This document shows, in pieces, positions 1 to 14,550 of a stretch of DNA of 64,000 nucleotides. The translations under genes and the position numbers were made by a program. The DNA comes from Eledone cirrhosa. Its lineage: Eukaryota. The DNA lies in contig OZ024742.1 of assembly GCA_964016885.1 (NCBI GenBank), forward strand, positions 331,018,001 through 331,082,000. The letters run 5' to 3'. The notes below the pieces were generated by a model. It was not told where the DNA came from and ran no database searches. It saw only the letters and a program-made list of their open reading frames with translations. Within the stretch, counting starts at the first letter, position 1. Each line of letters begins with the position of its first letter.

Positions 1-326
1 GAGTGACGTCATGGTGAAATGGCGTGGAAAAGATGGGAAAGACCACTTACCTTACTTCTCGTAGAGAAAGGATGGTGTTTCCATCCTTTTCACTGCTTGT
101 GACCTCCTCCGGAAGGATGTCCTTATAAATCCTCCTGGAGAGTGTTTTTCGGAAGTCTCCGATGTCTTTGGGTTATTATTGTTTTAGTTTCGTGTACGTT
201 TTCTGTGTGATGCGAATGATTTGTATGTGTGGAGGAGGTGTGAACTTTTGGGTTGCTGTGTAGTCTTTTTCTGTGATGCTGGTGTGGTGTTGCATGTAGT
301 GTAATAATTGGTTGTTGTTTAAATGT

Positions 327-433
327 AATAGTTTCTACGTTAGGTACAAGGCCAGCAATTCCATCAGTGTATTACTGGTACTTTATTTTATCGACCCCGT
401 AAGGATGAAAGGCAAGGTTAACCTCGGCGGGAT
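327..433 (-). mobile_element. tRNA-derived SINE, 5'-truncated, inserted in the LINE ORF1 region
   Basis: Reverse complement of the family core atcccgccgaggttaaccttgcctttcatccttacggggtcgataaaataaagtaccagt..gtagaaac. Confidence 0.85.
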
Positions 434-738
434 AATGATGTGTAGTGTGTATCGTTTTGGTTGTTTTGTTTTGTTTGAGTTTGTTGTGGGTTTGTTTCTG
501 TTACGCTTTTTGGTGACTTTTGTGGTGTTGGTGATGGTGGTGTTGGGGTTTATGATGGTGATGGTGTTGGTGTTTGGGGTGATGGGGTTGGTGATGCTTG
601 TGTGGATGGTGGCATATATGTCATAACTTTTTTGTTTGATAATTTATTTGTTTATCTCTGTATTTTGTTTTTGGAGGGGGAAGGAAGAGAATTTTTTTCT
701 TTTTTGGTTTCTTTTTTTCTTTTTTTCTGATACTGTTC

Positions 739-1846
739 TCACTCCTCGTCGTCACAATCTGTCAGCAGTTGCGATAAGCCGGGGAATGGAAAATTCTCCA
801 CAGGCGTTGGTTTTGGTTGTGGCGTGGTGGATGTTGTAGGCGCTGGTGCTAGTTCTGGCGCGTTGGGTGGTGGTGGTGTTGGTTTTACTACAGTAGCTGG
901 GGTTGTTGCTGTTACAGTTGCTTCTGTTGTTGCTACTACAATTGTTGCTGCCATTTCTGCTGCAGGTGGTGTTGATGGTTGAGTCACTGGGGTGGGTAAG
1001 AGAGGTGGCCTCAACCTTTTAGCCTGAGGGCAGAAAGCCCTTAGGTGGGTTCCTTCACCACAAACGACACACCTAGGCCTTCTGCCCTCGACGATGACGG
1101 TGAGGTGGCTGCCGTCAGTGAGGTCTAATACCTCTGGGATCTCCTCAATGCTTTTATGGTCCGCTTGAATCAGGAGCTCCATCCCAGATCTGGACCAGTC
1201 CTCCTGCTTTTCCTTCGCTATTTCAATTATCTTGGTGTTGGCCTCAATGCCGGCGAGGACGGCAGCCATTAGCCAGGGAATTTTGATGGCCGGTGGAACG
1301 TGGGTCACCCTGTCTTCACAAGTCTCTGGCCACAATAACTTGGGACGAGTGTGAAGTCGTCACTTCTTAATGGAGCCATGGAGTGTTATCTGGCCTCCTG
1401 TGGTGTTTCAAAGAACACGTCCACGGTTCCATATTTCTGGCCACGTCTGATGTGGGGTTTTTTTGCCCACACATGTCCCAAAGCTTTTTGGATTTGGGAC
1501 TCGGATGCCCATTCCAGTCGGCGCGATTTTATGTTAATTTTCCTATAAGACACGGTACATAGGCGACGATGCTCCATTTTATTAGGTGTGTGGGTGGGAG
1601 TGGGGGGAGGCTGGCCCTGTAGCCATCTGTCTTTACCGTTCCTTTGGCTTCTTCTAATTCCTCCTGAGTTACCTGGATCGCTTCGCACGTTTTTGCTACT
1701 CCGGCAAAACTCAGGGTAGTTTTCTTAATTTCATCGTTGCTGTTGTTGTTAGCGTTATTTTTGTTATTGTTAATTTTAGTTTCAGTTGTGGTGGTGGTGG
1801 CGTCAGTGGTGTTCGGTGTGGAAGAGTTCATTTTGGTTGAATTCAT
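739..1846 (-). pseudogene. gag-like ORF1 remnant with CX2CX4HX4C zinc knuckle
   Basis: CVVCGEGTHLRAFC motif preceded by V.VEGRRPR, followed by a Pro/Thr-rich tail; at least two frame breaks. Confidence 0.7.
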
Positions 1847-3148
1847 TTCGATATCACGAGTTAATTTATGTTTTTCTTTTGTTTCTGTTGTCGCTGTGCT
1901 GGTGGTGGGGTGGCGGCTTTAACACCTGCAGTCATTGGTAATGGCGGGTAATGAACGTCTGCCTGAGTCAAATTTAAAATATTGCTAATGCTTACATTTC
2001 CTTTTCAGAAATCAATGTATGTGCACTTATATACAGTTAACAATAAAAATTTCCATAAATAGCAATTTTAAACAACTGAAAATAACAAACCTTTGCGGAG
2101 CTCACGATGATACGATTTACTACGTATGTCGCCAATAATAAAAATAATTATAATAATAATAATAAAAAAGGGAAGAAGACGCACGTGGTTGAAAAATAGT
2201 TATGGAATTGCTCCCGTAAGTTTTTGATTTTTAACATATTTAAAACAATTGTAATATAACAATTCTTAGTACAAATGAGACATAAAGCGCCAGGCTACCT
2301 CAGAACATTCGGATCCATAATATCCTGTTATATCACTCAAATATTCAATTTTGTATTATACATTTTATATTCAAAAAAGAAAATGGTTATAACTGGAAGG
2401 AAACCCCCTCTGTCTACACTATATAGAACAGCGAAATGACAGCAATTTCACCAACACCACAAACTAGATACACCACCTATCCCATCACCCCTCTGTGTAC
2501 ATTAAATACAACAGCCAGATAACGGCAATTTCACCACCACCACTACCAATCCCAGCATAATAATAATAATTACTATTATTGTATCTCAAGTTTTCTCAAA
2601 ATGTTTAATTCAAGTATATTGGAAATATGTCAACACATATATTAAAAATACGCGACATACCGCATAGATACACAGATCAAACAAACGCATACTACTACAG
2701 TCTATTCAACAAAACTCAGTAACGACAACGCCATCAATATAGTCACCACAGCCACCACTCCATCATTGCTACCACTATCCCATCACCGCCTTCACCACTC
2801 CTTCATTGCTACCACCATTATTCAACCACTACCTTCTGTTAACTGAAGAAAGGGGAAAGTGGCGGTATCACTAGACAAGGGAGAGGCTAGCAAAAGATAT
2901 AAATAGACTGACTTAGTGACCCGGTCAAACGTCAACGACTATGGAACTGCTGGCTCGCCCCTTCCCCACCAACAATAGAAAAAGCCCCAGCACCACCACC
3001 GACATAGCTAACAACAATAACATGTAACTTCAACAAAAAGTATATTATATTATTAATAATAATTTCATTCTTAAGCCACGCAATGCTCACATTAAGGAAC
3101 CACTCATGATAATAACAATTTAAAAAACAACAAAAAAGAAAACCCCGT

Positions 3149-3237
3149 GACCAAGAAATACCGGGATGGCGGCCGGCGGGGAATAGCCGTGTCTCTAGGG
3201 GAGGACGACTCCTCTAGTCTTGGTTGACACTCGTCCT
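3149..3237 (+). ncRNA. Candidate HDV-like ribozyme pseudoknot at the R4 element 5' end
   Basis: P1 GACCAA(3149-54)/TTGGTT(3220-25) with G1.U wobble; P2 AGGAC(3202-06)/GTCCT(3233-37); P3 GAC/GTC closing L3 TCCTCTA. J4/2 and P4 are non-canonical. Confidence 0.4.
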
Positions 3238-6200
3238 AGATGTGGTAACACGAAATGATTACCCCTTGGCGGTTAAGGATAAAACGCGACAAAATAAAGT
3301 AAATGTCAAATAATAAAATCTCATATCGGATCGGCCGCCACCCGGGTTAAAGAGGGCCGCGTCCCTCAGACAGGAACCATACTTCGGAGCTGGAGACCTC
3401 CCATAACCGGAATACTCATACTGTTCGCCCTCCATGCTCACCACCAAGAAATCCAAAGAAACAGAGAGGAAAATGGTAAAGGGAAGACAATAAAGAAGTG
3501 CTTGAGGCTTTCTACACTGCTATGTACTACCCACAAATAGATCGTATACAGAACAGACATATATCAACTGGAAAAAGAAACATCCCGAAAACAGAGGCTA
3601 TATTGACAGTAAAAAACTAGCCAATATACGAAGAAATATTGTTAAAAAAAGTTGCTAACTGGTATAGAAATTGATCAGATCAAGCTTTTAGCACAAAGTC
3701 AGCGAAGGCAAAATGAAACATGTGTCAGTGAAAAAGCGGTAAATCGTAACACTTCGAATCCCAGGGTTGGGGCGGAATCACTGACAACAGAACAAATTAA
3801 AGAAAGGATCGAAAAAGTGGAAGTAGTGTATGTTTATGATGAAACACAAAATGAAAACAATGAGATCGTAAAGGATAAAGAAGTTAATGAGAATGAAATT
3901 ATGATCGAATGGATGAAAATGAAATAATCTGACATGGGGGAACGAGACACCCTCCTTAAGATCCAGAACTCCAAATAGAACCAAAAGATAATACACAAAA
4001 CTAACATAATTCTCAAAAACATTATCATCACAAACAAACTAAACATTACTGAATAAATCATCTCTATTATGCATCGGCTAAAGTCACCACTCACTTATGT
4101 GGAGTGAAAATGAAAAAAAAAAACAATGGAATTCCCACAAGAAATCTACTTGGCAAGAGAACATCAATCGCCAAATAAACCTCCTCCGATCTGACATAGA
4201 AATGTTAACAAACTACAAAGTAGGTGAACATGTTAAACAAACCAAACTTAGATAATTGAAAAGAAAATACAGTATAAAATCAACAAGTGGCATAGACATG
4301 CTGATAGAAATAATCAAGCAAAAAGTGTCGGCCAAAGCTGCTCGTATAAGGCGCTTTGAAATACGATATAAATTCAAATAAGGACAATAATATGTTCAAA
4401 AACAACCAAAGAAATGTGTACAGAAAAATTGGCAAGACAACAATAACTGCTAAATCAATACCACCCAAGGAGGAAGTGCAAGAATTCTGGGAAAAGATCT
4501 GGGCCGAAGAAAAAGTTCCTAATATAGATGCCCCATGGATAGACAGACAAATGAAAGATACAGCTCATCTTGAGGAACAAATATGGGAAAATATAACAGT
4601 TAAATAGTTGCGTTTTGCTCTTAGAAAAACCAGCAAATAGAGATCCCAGGAAAAGACAAAATACCAAATTTGTGGATAAATGCCTTCACAGAGTCTCATG
4701 AGCTGTTGGCCCAACTTTACAATGAAATAGTTAAGGAGACAGAAAAGATACCATCATGGCTAGTTAACGGCATTACATTCCTGCTTCCGAAGAATGATGA
4801 GACAAACAATCCCAAAAATGACTTACCGATGACTTGCTTGACCACAATGTATGAAAATTTAACATCAGTCCTAACTGAATATACATATGACCACCTGATA
4901 ACAAATAATATATTTCCCAATGAGCAGAAAGGGTGTAAACGAGGCTGATATGGCTGTAAGGATCAGCTTTTGGTTAAGAAAATAATACTGGAAGATTGTC
5001 ATAATAGACACAAAAGTCTATCAATTGCTTGGATAGATTATAAAAAAAGCATTCGATAGTTTGCCACACAGTTGGATTGAAAAATGTTTAGAGATTTTCA
5101 AAATATTTCCCGTTGTCAGCAGGTTCCTGTCATTCAGTATGAAGACATGGAAAACGACACTCATTTTGAATATTGAAAAAAAATCACTGGAAGCTGGAGA
5201 AGTTTATATTAATTGTGGAAATTTTCAGGGTGACTCTTTATCACCGCTTTTATTCTGTATCGCACTTATACCATTAAGTAAAATGCACAATGAAACAAAA
5301 CATGTATATAAAGTCTATGACAAAACCATTAATCACTTGTTCTCCATGGATGACCTGAAACTGTTAGCAAAAGATGATCAACAATTGCAAGGGCTATTAC
5401 CCCCTGTGGTACAGTTCAGTGATGACATTAACATGGATTTTGGACTAGATAGATGCGCCAAAGCAACGTTCACCAGAGGAAAGCTGCTGAAATATTCAGA
5501 CATTAATGTTGATCGGGGGAATGAGATGAGAGAACTTGATCAAGAGGAAACTTATAAATATCTAGGTGTTTGTGAAGGAGACGGTATCAAGCACTCGACA
5601 ATGAGGAAAAGGATCCGTAGGTTCGATACAAACATTAGACAATTCTTAACCATGCACATAATGCATCACCCTAAGGCAGATACAGATAGAATATATCTCC
5701 CTGGGAAAGAAGGTGGATGTGGCTTAATCCAGTTAGATATTGCTTTGAAAACTGCAACAATTGGATTATCTACATATCTAAGGGAATCACATGATTGGAT
5801 AATCAAACTCGTTTTGAAACACGAAAGCATCAAAAGATGATACTCCATTACAAAAGATGCACAAAGATACAGTAATGGACTACACATTTCAGAAGTCCCA
5901 TTTACTGCTGAAATGGAAAACACAGAAAAAGCAAAGCAGGTAAAAGTAACTGCAAAGAAAGAACTGCTACAGAAACTGGCTAAGAAATGGCAAGAAAAGC
6001 TTCTGCATGGAAAATGCCCAGAACGAGCTAACAATCCCGATGTTGACAAAGCTTTAACCCATCAGTGGTTGGCATCCTCTGGACTGAAATCGGAGACTAA
6101 AGGACTGATTATATCAGCACAAGATCAGTGTCTGCCAACAAAAAATGACCAAGCCAACATAATAAAACATGGAATCAGCCCATTATGCCGTGTATGTAAA

Positions 6201-6906
6201 AAACAACCAGATACCATTGATCATATAATTTCAATGTGCAGTCCTATAGCTCCACCGAATACCTAAACAGGCATGACAGAGCTGCACAATACATACATTG
6301 GATAATGTGTAAGCATTTTGACCTGCCCCATCAAAAGAATTGGGGGGAGCACCAACCACCTCCCATACTTGAAAGAAATCACGTCTCAATTTTGTGGAAC
6401 TTTAGCATCCAAACAGACCGAAAATTAGATGCAAATAGATCTGAAGGACTTTAAAAAGAGGGTATGCCTGCTAATTGATATGCCCGTTCCAATAAACAAG
6501 AATGTATCTATAAAAACATTTGAAAAATTGAGCCAGTATAAGGACCTATAGATAGAAATTGGAAAAATGTGGAAATTGAGAACTAAAACAATACCAGTGG
6601 TTCTAGGCGCTCTACGAATGCTACCTTATGGTCTAATGATTACTTATCGCAAATCCCAGGAAACCGTATAGGAGAAATACAAAATATAGTACTAATGGGA
6701 ACTGCCCATATAGTAAGGAAGATTCTGCCAATATAAGTACATCACAGGTCTAAACACCTAAAGATGCATGTCTGTGTATGTTTGTTCTTTTTTGAACATG
6801 GCGAACCTTGTCGTCTCTTGAGGTCACTGGTTGTGACTTGGTGATAACTCGTATGAACATAAAGCAAGATAAATGCAACTGTAATAATAATAATACTAAT
6901 AATAAT
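3149..6906 (+). mobile_element. Degenerate R4-clade (Dong/Rex6-like) non-LTR retrotransposon with RT and restriction-like endonuclease
   Basis: RT motifs EQKGCKRG..GCKDQLL, DYKKAFDSLPHSW, QGDSLSPLLF, HLFSMDDLKL and YKYLG. C-terminal CRVC..DTIDHIISMC, RHD, ILWNFSIQTD, LLID.., TIPVVLGAL, ending LMGTAHIVRKIL near 6735. Short 3'UTR, then (TAA)n at 6882-6906. Many stops and frameshifts and an apparent internal deletion near 5615. Confidence 0.9.
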
Positions 6907-9560
6907 TTCTTTTAGAATTACAAAGCAAAGAAAAATAATCCAATGCTACCGATATTTATAACAATAGTGTTATCGGAATTATTAAACGGTATGAAAGGAT
7001 TTTATAGATGTATTTACTTTAGTACTCAACGATATATTAAATAGACGATTAGTAAAACTCTTGTTCGAAATAATTGTTTTGACTGGTGCATTTATTGAAA
7101 TGATTTTGTTGATTTAACATGTCTTGAAATGGACTTTTGACTAACAGTGTTTTTTTGCAACTCCTCCCTTCTCTGACGAACTGCGCACTTGTATTTCTCG
7201 GTATCTGATAAATGAATTGTTAAGTAATTTACCATATTCTTTGATATTGTAGCGTTCCGTCTAACACAATGTAATGACTTAACCTAATGTAATGATTTGT
7301 TCTGTTTGCCGAGACCTCAGCTGATTTAGTGCTTTTATTACCTATTTGTACGCTTTTGACCTGAATGCTCATGGCCCATTCATATAAAAAAAAAGCAATC
7401 AACTAATACCAACACTTACAAAAGAATCGACAGGTTAATATTGTGGTAAATCGGGTAGACTGAAAACCGATTCCTATCTGTGGTCGTTTATTTTGACCAC
7501 CTAGTAGATATTCCTCCAAATGATACTGGGAGATCCTCTCTAGAACGGATCAGAATTGGCTGGTTTTGAACAGAGACTACTTCATTATGTTCTAGCCTGT
7601 CGTATTATTTAAATAGATTGTATTAAAACATCCGAATCAAGTCAAACTAGTGATTGCATCAATTGCGGTTGATGTTCTTGCTATATCTACGGGGTATCAC
7701 TACACGTTTGCACACATCGAAGAAACTCCAATCACGTAATCATCTTCATTAATAATTGTGTATGTCCATATTCAGTAGAGGTACGTACCCTCCCTCCGCA
7801 GTTTAACCAATTTCCGTCTCGCCTGTCTTCAAGTATGGAAGCCTGTTGCTAGTTCCAGTACACTATTCACAATTATAGCTCATATCACTAGCATTCTTGA
7901 AGTAGACAATCAGATCACTAATGTTTATTCTTCTCAAATCCAGATAATATGTCTGCTTTTTTATCGTTAAGCTCGGTTTTTCACAGTGCTTTGCCTCTCT
8001 GACGAAGCTTTGCTCCAGTCATTTGATTGATGTTGTATCAGAATCGCTGTCTTCGGGGCTGTTTCAGTAAAATGCATCTGGAACGATAGGTGAAATATAT
8101 AGAATCGGATAGCTGTGTTCATTATTTCTCTTTCTTTGCAGAGCACGCGTCGTAGAACGAACAATGCATCACTCGTGATGCGCTTCGGTTTTGTGTGTGG
8201 ATGGGGACGTATTTATACAAAAATACATCGTATGCGATCCTCTTTTCAACATCATATTATAATCAATCAAACTATCTGATTCGTGTTTCCCTTCGCTATC
8301 TGTTTGTGAGAATTGGCACAGGGTGATGATGATAATGTCCATGGTAATACATAATAGAATAAAAACAAAACATTGTGCATCACTGATGCGAGCAGAGCTG
8401 GGCTCAACGGTAAAATAAAAGTATGCCTACTGCAAAACTGATAGGAAGAAGATTTTAGAACTTGCAACATAAGCAGATTTATCCACCATCTTTACATGAA
8501 ACATGTAATGTAGTTTGCTTCAAACGTACCCCAATTTGAGATTCGTTACAGTATTGTCAAATAATTTACCTAAATGTTTTGAAAACTGTTTTAAGATTTC
8601 AATAAAAAATTCATAAAAAATAATTCGTGATAAAATAGCAATGCATAATGGAAATAAAGACATATGATTTCTCTCTCCAGTGAGATAATTAATGAGTTAG
8701 TTAATTATTTTTCCATTACGTTTTGCGCATAGATGAATATAAAATTATATTTGTCAAAGCTGTGCAAAAGCAAATGAGACATGAAAATGTTGACAGTGTC
8801 AAAAAATATTGAAACATTCATCTCAAAAGCAAGAATTTAACTTGTGGCATACACAGCTATGTAATGGCATTAATTCATGTGTTTTTGTCGAATTGAATTT
8901 CAAGTTATAAGATCTAGGTTCTTTAAGTAGGGGTTAGACATTATCCTTGTTATTTTTATTGGAAAAGGAATGTATACAAAGTTGGTTCCAACATTATTTA
9001 ATGCGTTTCATTAACCCTTTTATGTTTTTTGATTTTTAGGTTTTATTGAATTTAACATATGCAAAGTCATTTTACAGCCGACCATGCAAAATTTCATGGT
9101 CTAGGCGAAAAGGAAATCACAGATGCGTTGATCTTGCGTATTCTATAGTTCTAATACAAGATATATTTAAAATAATACACCACGTAATAAGTACTAGATA
9201 AATGACTCGTCAAGAGGAGATTACTTAGTATCATGGAGTAACACAGATGAAATCTCCCACCAATACATAGTAAAATAAAAAAAAATGTGTTTTTTTAAGT
9301 GCTTTTGTTGCTGTGTAAAATATTCCAGGAAATAAAATTTGCTTATTGCTGATGAAGAGACATAAAATCATTTCTCCACGAGGTCACTCTTATCGCGCAT
9401 TGAAGACTTCGCATATAAATTCAAACTTATCTCTGGCATGTAAGAACAACCCAAGTTTAAATTGGGTAGTAAATGTAGCAACATACGGAACTTGACATTG
9501 CGTGGTTGACCGATAAATAACGTCTGATAATTTCTCATGAAACGTCCTTTTTCTAATAAT

Positions 9561-9738
9561 TGTTTCTACTTTAGGCATAAGGCCAGCAATTACCCCGTTC
9601 ATTACAGGTACTTTATTTTATCGACCACGTAAGGATGAAAGTCAAAGACAACCTCGGCAGGATTTGAACTCAGATCGTAAAGGGACGTAACTATGCTGGA
9701 AAGCATGGCGTCCGACTTTCTACCGATACTCCCAATCC
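9561..9738 (-). mobile_element. Full-length tRNA-derived SINE with 16-bp target-site duplication
   Basis: A-box-like head and B-box GAGTTCAAATC; direct repeat tcctttttctaataat at 9545-9560 and 9736-9751. Confidence 0.9.
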
Positions 9739-12502
9739 TTTTTCTAATAATGAACCGTATTGCTTTTCCAAAAAATACTCCTTTCACTGATCAGCGCATA
9801 ATATTATCTTCACGCAGTTCAACTTGGTTAACACTATAACGCCATTATTCGGGTAAAAACTTCAGCTGAAACAACAATTTCCACAAGACAGCATGAAGTG
9901 AGATTTGGTAGCCTGAGTCACCGAGTTGAAGCTTTCATTACATTGATCTACCAGGTTCCACTGGCGTCTTGAAATGTGTACTCATCCAGGAGGTCCTCGG
10001 AAACGCATTCAACCTGAATTCTAACGAGAAAGTCGAAACGGAATCAGCTACTAGGTTTATCGATGTTAATAAAGTCACTCAGTATATAAATTATCAATGC
10101 GTCTGGGTCAATATAAAATGCAATGTACCTGCAATATGTTCGATTCTTCTTACAATAAATACTGTTCTGAGAATTTCAAAATTAACGGCATGACGTGGCT
10201 CAATTCATTGCCTTCGGATTTGACTGGTAAACATCCCAAATACGTGTGTATGCACCGATATAGCTTTAGTTTCGGCACATAAGACAATTATATGCAGCTG
10301 AGGAACTCCTGTCGGTTAGTTTGGACTCAATTACTCTCTTGTCAGAAGGCGTGAATGCTTACTTGTTACACTCCTCTAAACCATACAGTAAAAAGAGCCT
10401 GCGTAGTCCCAGTTTCCCGGAGGAATTGGAACTCGGATTCCCCAGGGAATATTAGACAAGTGGATGAGATAAATTAAAACGGCGTGAATTATTTAATTTT
10501 GGTGTTTAAGATAGTGATTAATTCCCTGGGCCAAAGATCACGTAGAACAATGGAGCAGAATATAAACGGACAGATTCCAGTTTGTATGGCTGATGTTGAA
10601 TCCGCTAATGCCTTCGGTCTGCGGACTGACATCTTCCTCCTCAAAATGTGATGAAATCATCACACAACGGAAAGGAGACGTTGAAGGTCTATACTATACG
10701 TGTGAATAATATTTCCAAAGATAGTATACAGCTAGTAAAATAATTAAAATTGTTCTAGTGATAAAGCTAACTCTATATCATTATGTCAATATGTCTGGAA
10801 AACATGAAACATAAAAATATCCACAACCTCGATTATTAAAAACAAGAGTCAAATTCCAATTGTGTTCACACCAAGCTACTTAAATGAGAAAAGCAAAATG
10901 TCGTTCTTCGAAGTCAGGCATTATTTAATCTATAAATGTATGTTATTTAGATCACCAAATGTTAGCTTCTCACAATGTTTGGGGCAGTTCCTTCCCTTCT
11001 GTTTAGTATTAGGGTTCTGCTATATTCTTACCAAACGTTATATCTTAACGCCAACTGATACAGTTAAGACAAATTAATGTTACCCCTCAATACACACACC
11101 TGCCTGATAGTCTCTGACATGGAATGTACTTCACACTGAATATAACTTTGCTAAAATCATGGTGAACGAATGTATTTACGTTTGTTTCCAAGAATTCATA
11201 TTCAGTGATTTCAATGCTCAGAGTGTGGGATTGGTCTAGTGCAAGGCCTTTTCCCACTTAAAAAACCTTCAATGCACAAGCAATGCTTGTTCAAGATATG
11301 TTACAGGTTCGTGCGGCTGGCTGTAGCCTAAAGGTGCACCATTTTCGGTAATCTGACAAGCAATTGCAATACTCTTAGCAGAGATTGCAGTCACTATGTA
11401 TGTATATAGCGATTAACGGGGATTGTATAAATCAACCTATGACAGATTCTCACATTCTTTCATTGGCTCGTTATATGTCTATTATGTAAAATTACAGGTT
11501 AATATTAAATGATGGTCCTATTTGACAGTATTACAAAATTATAACGCCAGAATATAGCGATACAACTCTGATGAAAAAAACAGCTAGGCCAAATCATTGG
11601 GATAAGTTTTGCTCTTAGCCAACACAGTCCTAATCGTTGTAAAGTGGGATATTGTTCGGGAAGAAACGACTCCAGTGTTTTCCACCACCTTTAGTCCTCT
11701 GTTGTTAAGTCAAAAGAAGATTGCCTGACACTCTCTCAACATAGAGTCTTCAGTCTGCCGTATACAGGGACGTGGACCTACCCTTTAATTCAGAATTTGT
11801 TGAAGAAGTTTTTACAAAATTTACAGAAACATAACAGAAATAACTTTATTTAGCTCACTTACACACATTTGGCTCTCTGAATTACCCGTTTTATTGAAAT
11901 AGATGTCCACCAATGACCTAACATTTCAACCCGTTTTGAGACTCCCCATCATAACGAAATTAGTTTTTTTTGTATTTGACAAAATTCCGTGTATTTGAAA
12001 GCTCGCATGTATGTATATATAAAATATATATAAATAGAAGAAATTTCATACACTTTCATAGATACCGTTTTGCCACAGTGTTTTTGAGATCAAATTTCCT
12101 GGAAATATTTTGAATGTAGTAGAAATCAAAGAATAATTCCTATATAGAAACGATAGTAAAAAAAAAGAAGGAGCCTTGATTTCCAGCTATATGCATAAAA
12201 AATAAATATAAAAGAGGTCATGTGAGGAACATAGCTTGTATCAACTTGTTTCTCTTATTCTACTAGAACCAACATTTGAGATCAATCGTTCTAAAATTGT
12301 CGTCAGAGAAAGACATAAAAGCAATGGTAATACATGCAATATCTACATAGATGTAACTTCCTGAAATATTTCTTTTCAATATTTTAATTACTTCGATATT
12401 ATTGTAATGGAGTACGTTTTATTTATTTTCTCTCTGAAAAAGCTTTCATCTTTCAACAGCAGCATTGTCGGTGCATGCTAAAACGTTGCAGTAGAAGGTT
12501 TA

Positions 12503-12650
<148 letters not shown>

Positions 12651-13315
12651 ATAAGTAATGCTAATAAAGTTGATATATTATTATATGTAGAAATGGTGGT
12701 ATTTAGAAGGACATTTTATGAGGAATGTCTTTGACATATTTACTCGTGCACATATTTCCCCCTCCATTCATACACAACACCCCATATATATATACCTCTA
12801 TAAATTCACATTTGAAATCTCCAAACTTCCATGTACACAATCACAACCAGATTATTATTTTATGCTGTAATGTTTTACTGCTTTCATTCAAGTGTTCCTG
12901 GACTCTACTATGATTTTACTTCAATGTACCAATCACAGTATTTATTTAAATATAACATGTATTTCCCATCGACCCATTCTTATAGAATGTCTATGTGGCC
13001 TTACTTTCACACCGCGCCATGCATTCATCCTTTACTTTAAGTGCGTATGTCTTATGTACATTATACTCATGCTATCTATGGGAAGAGACCGCTTAAAACG
13101 GAGGACATGCGGAGAGGTTTGCAAATATATTTTGGGGGGTTGACATAAATGCGTATACTTCTGTGTACTTATGTGCACACAAGAAACTTTGTTTTGACAT
13201 TCAGCATACACACACGGAGTCTAATAAAATTAAACAACTATTGATTAATACACAATTGTTTCGATAGGCATGTTTGTTTATCTCGGAGAAAAATGAACAG
13301 CCATCATATACATTA

Positions 13316-13319
13316 TCTC

Positions 13320-13386
<67 letters not shown>

Positions 13387-13445
13387 CCCTCTCTCTCTCT
13401 CTCTCTTTCTCTCACTCTATATATCTATCTATTTATATATATATT
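13316..13445. repeat. (CTAT)n/(CT)n microsatellite
   Basis: Directly visible. Confidence 0.95.
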
Positions 13446-13544
13446 TATTATACTTTTTCAGCCACCAACCATATTATTTCTCTAAAAACCTACCATTTCG
13501 AGCCACTTTTTTCCATATAAAACAGAAGTAACATTGAAACACCA

Positions 13545-13687
13545 ACCAGATGTGAGAAAAGCCACAAACCCTGTATCTCAATTCTACTTTTGAAAAGCAG
13601 AAGAACTGCGACACCGGTAAAGGAACCAAATAAATATATATTTAAAAAAAGAAAAACTCCAGTTGCATTTTCAATTTCATCTTTTTT

Positions 13688-13692
<5 letters not shown>
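13545..13692 (+). mobile_element. PLE 3'-end fragment with U3-A8 variant HHR (13587-13623; GAAA mutated to GACA)
   Basis: Homologous to 30935-31078; ctt TTGAAAA gcag aagaa ctgc GACA ccgg TA aag; ends in (TA)n. Confidence 0.7.
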
Positions 13693-13746
<54 letters not shown>

Positions 13747-13916
13747 TATAGATAGGTAAATATACACGGGTGTGTATGATTGTGTATAGAAGATTATATT
13801 AATAAGAAGAATTCCAACTTTGTCTGATTTACTCGTTTTATTTACAATCCTTTAAAATATACATAATGGTATTATAATGAAATAGTATGATAGAATATTA
13901 AATTCTAAGTGTTAAT

Positions 13917-13955
13917 TGAACAAGTACTTTCATGCTTTCGCAATCTTCAGGTTCA
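13917..13955 (-). ncRNA. Minimal type-I hammerhead ribozyme (inverted copy)
   Basis: Exact reverse complement of 18343-18381. Confidence 0.85.
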
Positions 13956-14550
13956 TGATATGTGGTGACAGTCGAGTTTGCAATTTTCAACTGTAAATTT
14001 CCTACCTTTTATACATTTTATACAGAGAAAAGTGGCTCCAGAATACAAAGCCCTGTAAACTGTATTTCGACCAATCAGTGTGTAGTTTCACTGAATTACT
14101 GCAGCTGATTGGTTTAAGCGTCACGGCTGGTTGAGCATGCTAACGACCGATAGTCATATCCAACGTATCAATTGTTTTGCTTTTTTGAAATGATGAAAAT
14201 AGCATTTTCTATTAATCATCACCATCAACATCACTTTTATTATTATTATTATTGTTGTTGTTGTTGTTGTTAGTGGTCGTGGTGATAGTGGTAGTAGAAG
14301 TAATACCCCTAGGCGTTATTATTGTTCATTTAGCTTGGGTTTGAATTTATCAATAAAATTCTTTTCTTTGATTTTTCTCTTGATTTCACTTGGGCTGTGT
14401 AATTTGTAGAATGGGAATATTATAAATATTCCCTGACCACATGTTGCCAGGTGGCCGCTTAGGGGTATCTGACGGACATTTGGGTCTCTGATTTGTTGAC
14501 GGTGTACCCGTGCACGTTCCGATAGTGCATTTCCAGTTTGACCGACATAT

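Larger units (their letters stand above)
1..2133 (-). mobile_element. Degenerate L1/Tx1-type non-LTR retrotransposon, 5' part (5'UTR, ORF1, first codons of probable ORF2; runs off the window start)
   Basis: Frameshifted ORF pieces 1529-1846, 1386-1688 and 739-1335 give an SFAGVAK N-terminal motif, an RRM-like segment and a CCHC knuckle. On - strand a stop at ~47-49 is followed by ATGACGTCACTC (MTSL..) at 12-1, as expected for an ORF2 start. 5' end GGCGACATACG..GAGCTCC abuts (AAT)n at 2134-2165. Confidence 0.65.

Noticed and set aside
7785-8220. Possible - strand TATA box (8210-8217) and GTACGT donor (~7787), suggesting a first exon
   Set aside because: No open frame and no downstream exon identified; cannot be supported without RNA data
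9350-9800. ~70-aa - strand frames that become continuous when the SINE is removed
   Set aside because: Two different frames are similarly open and neither resembles a known protein
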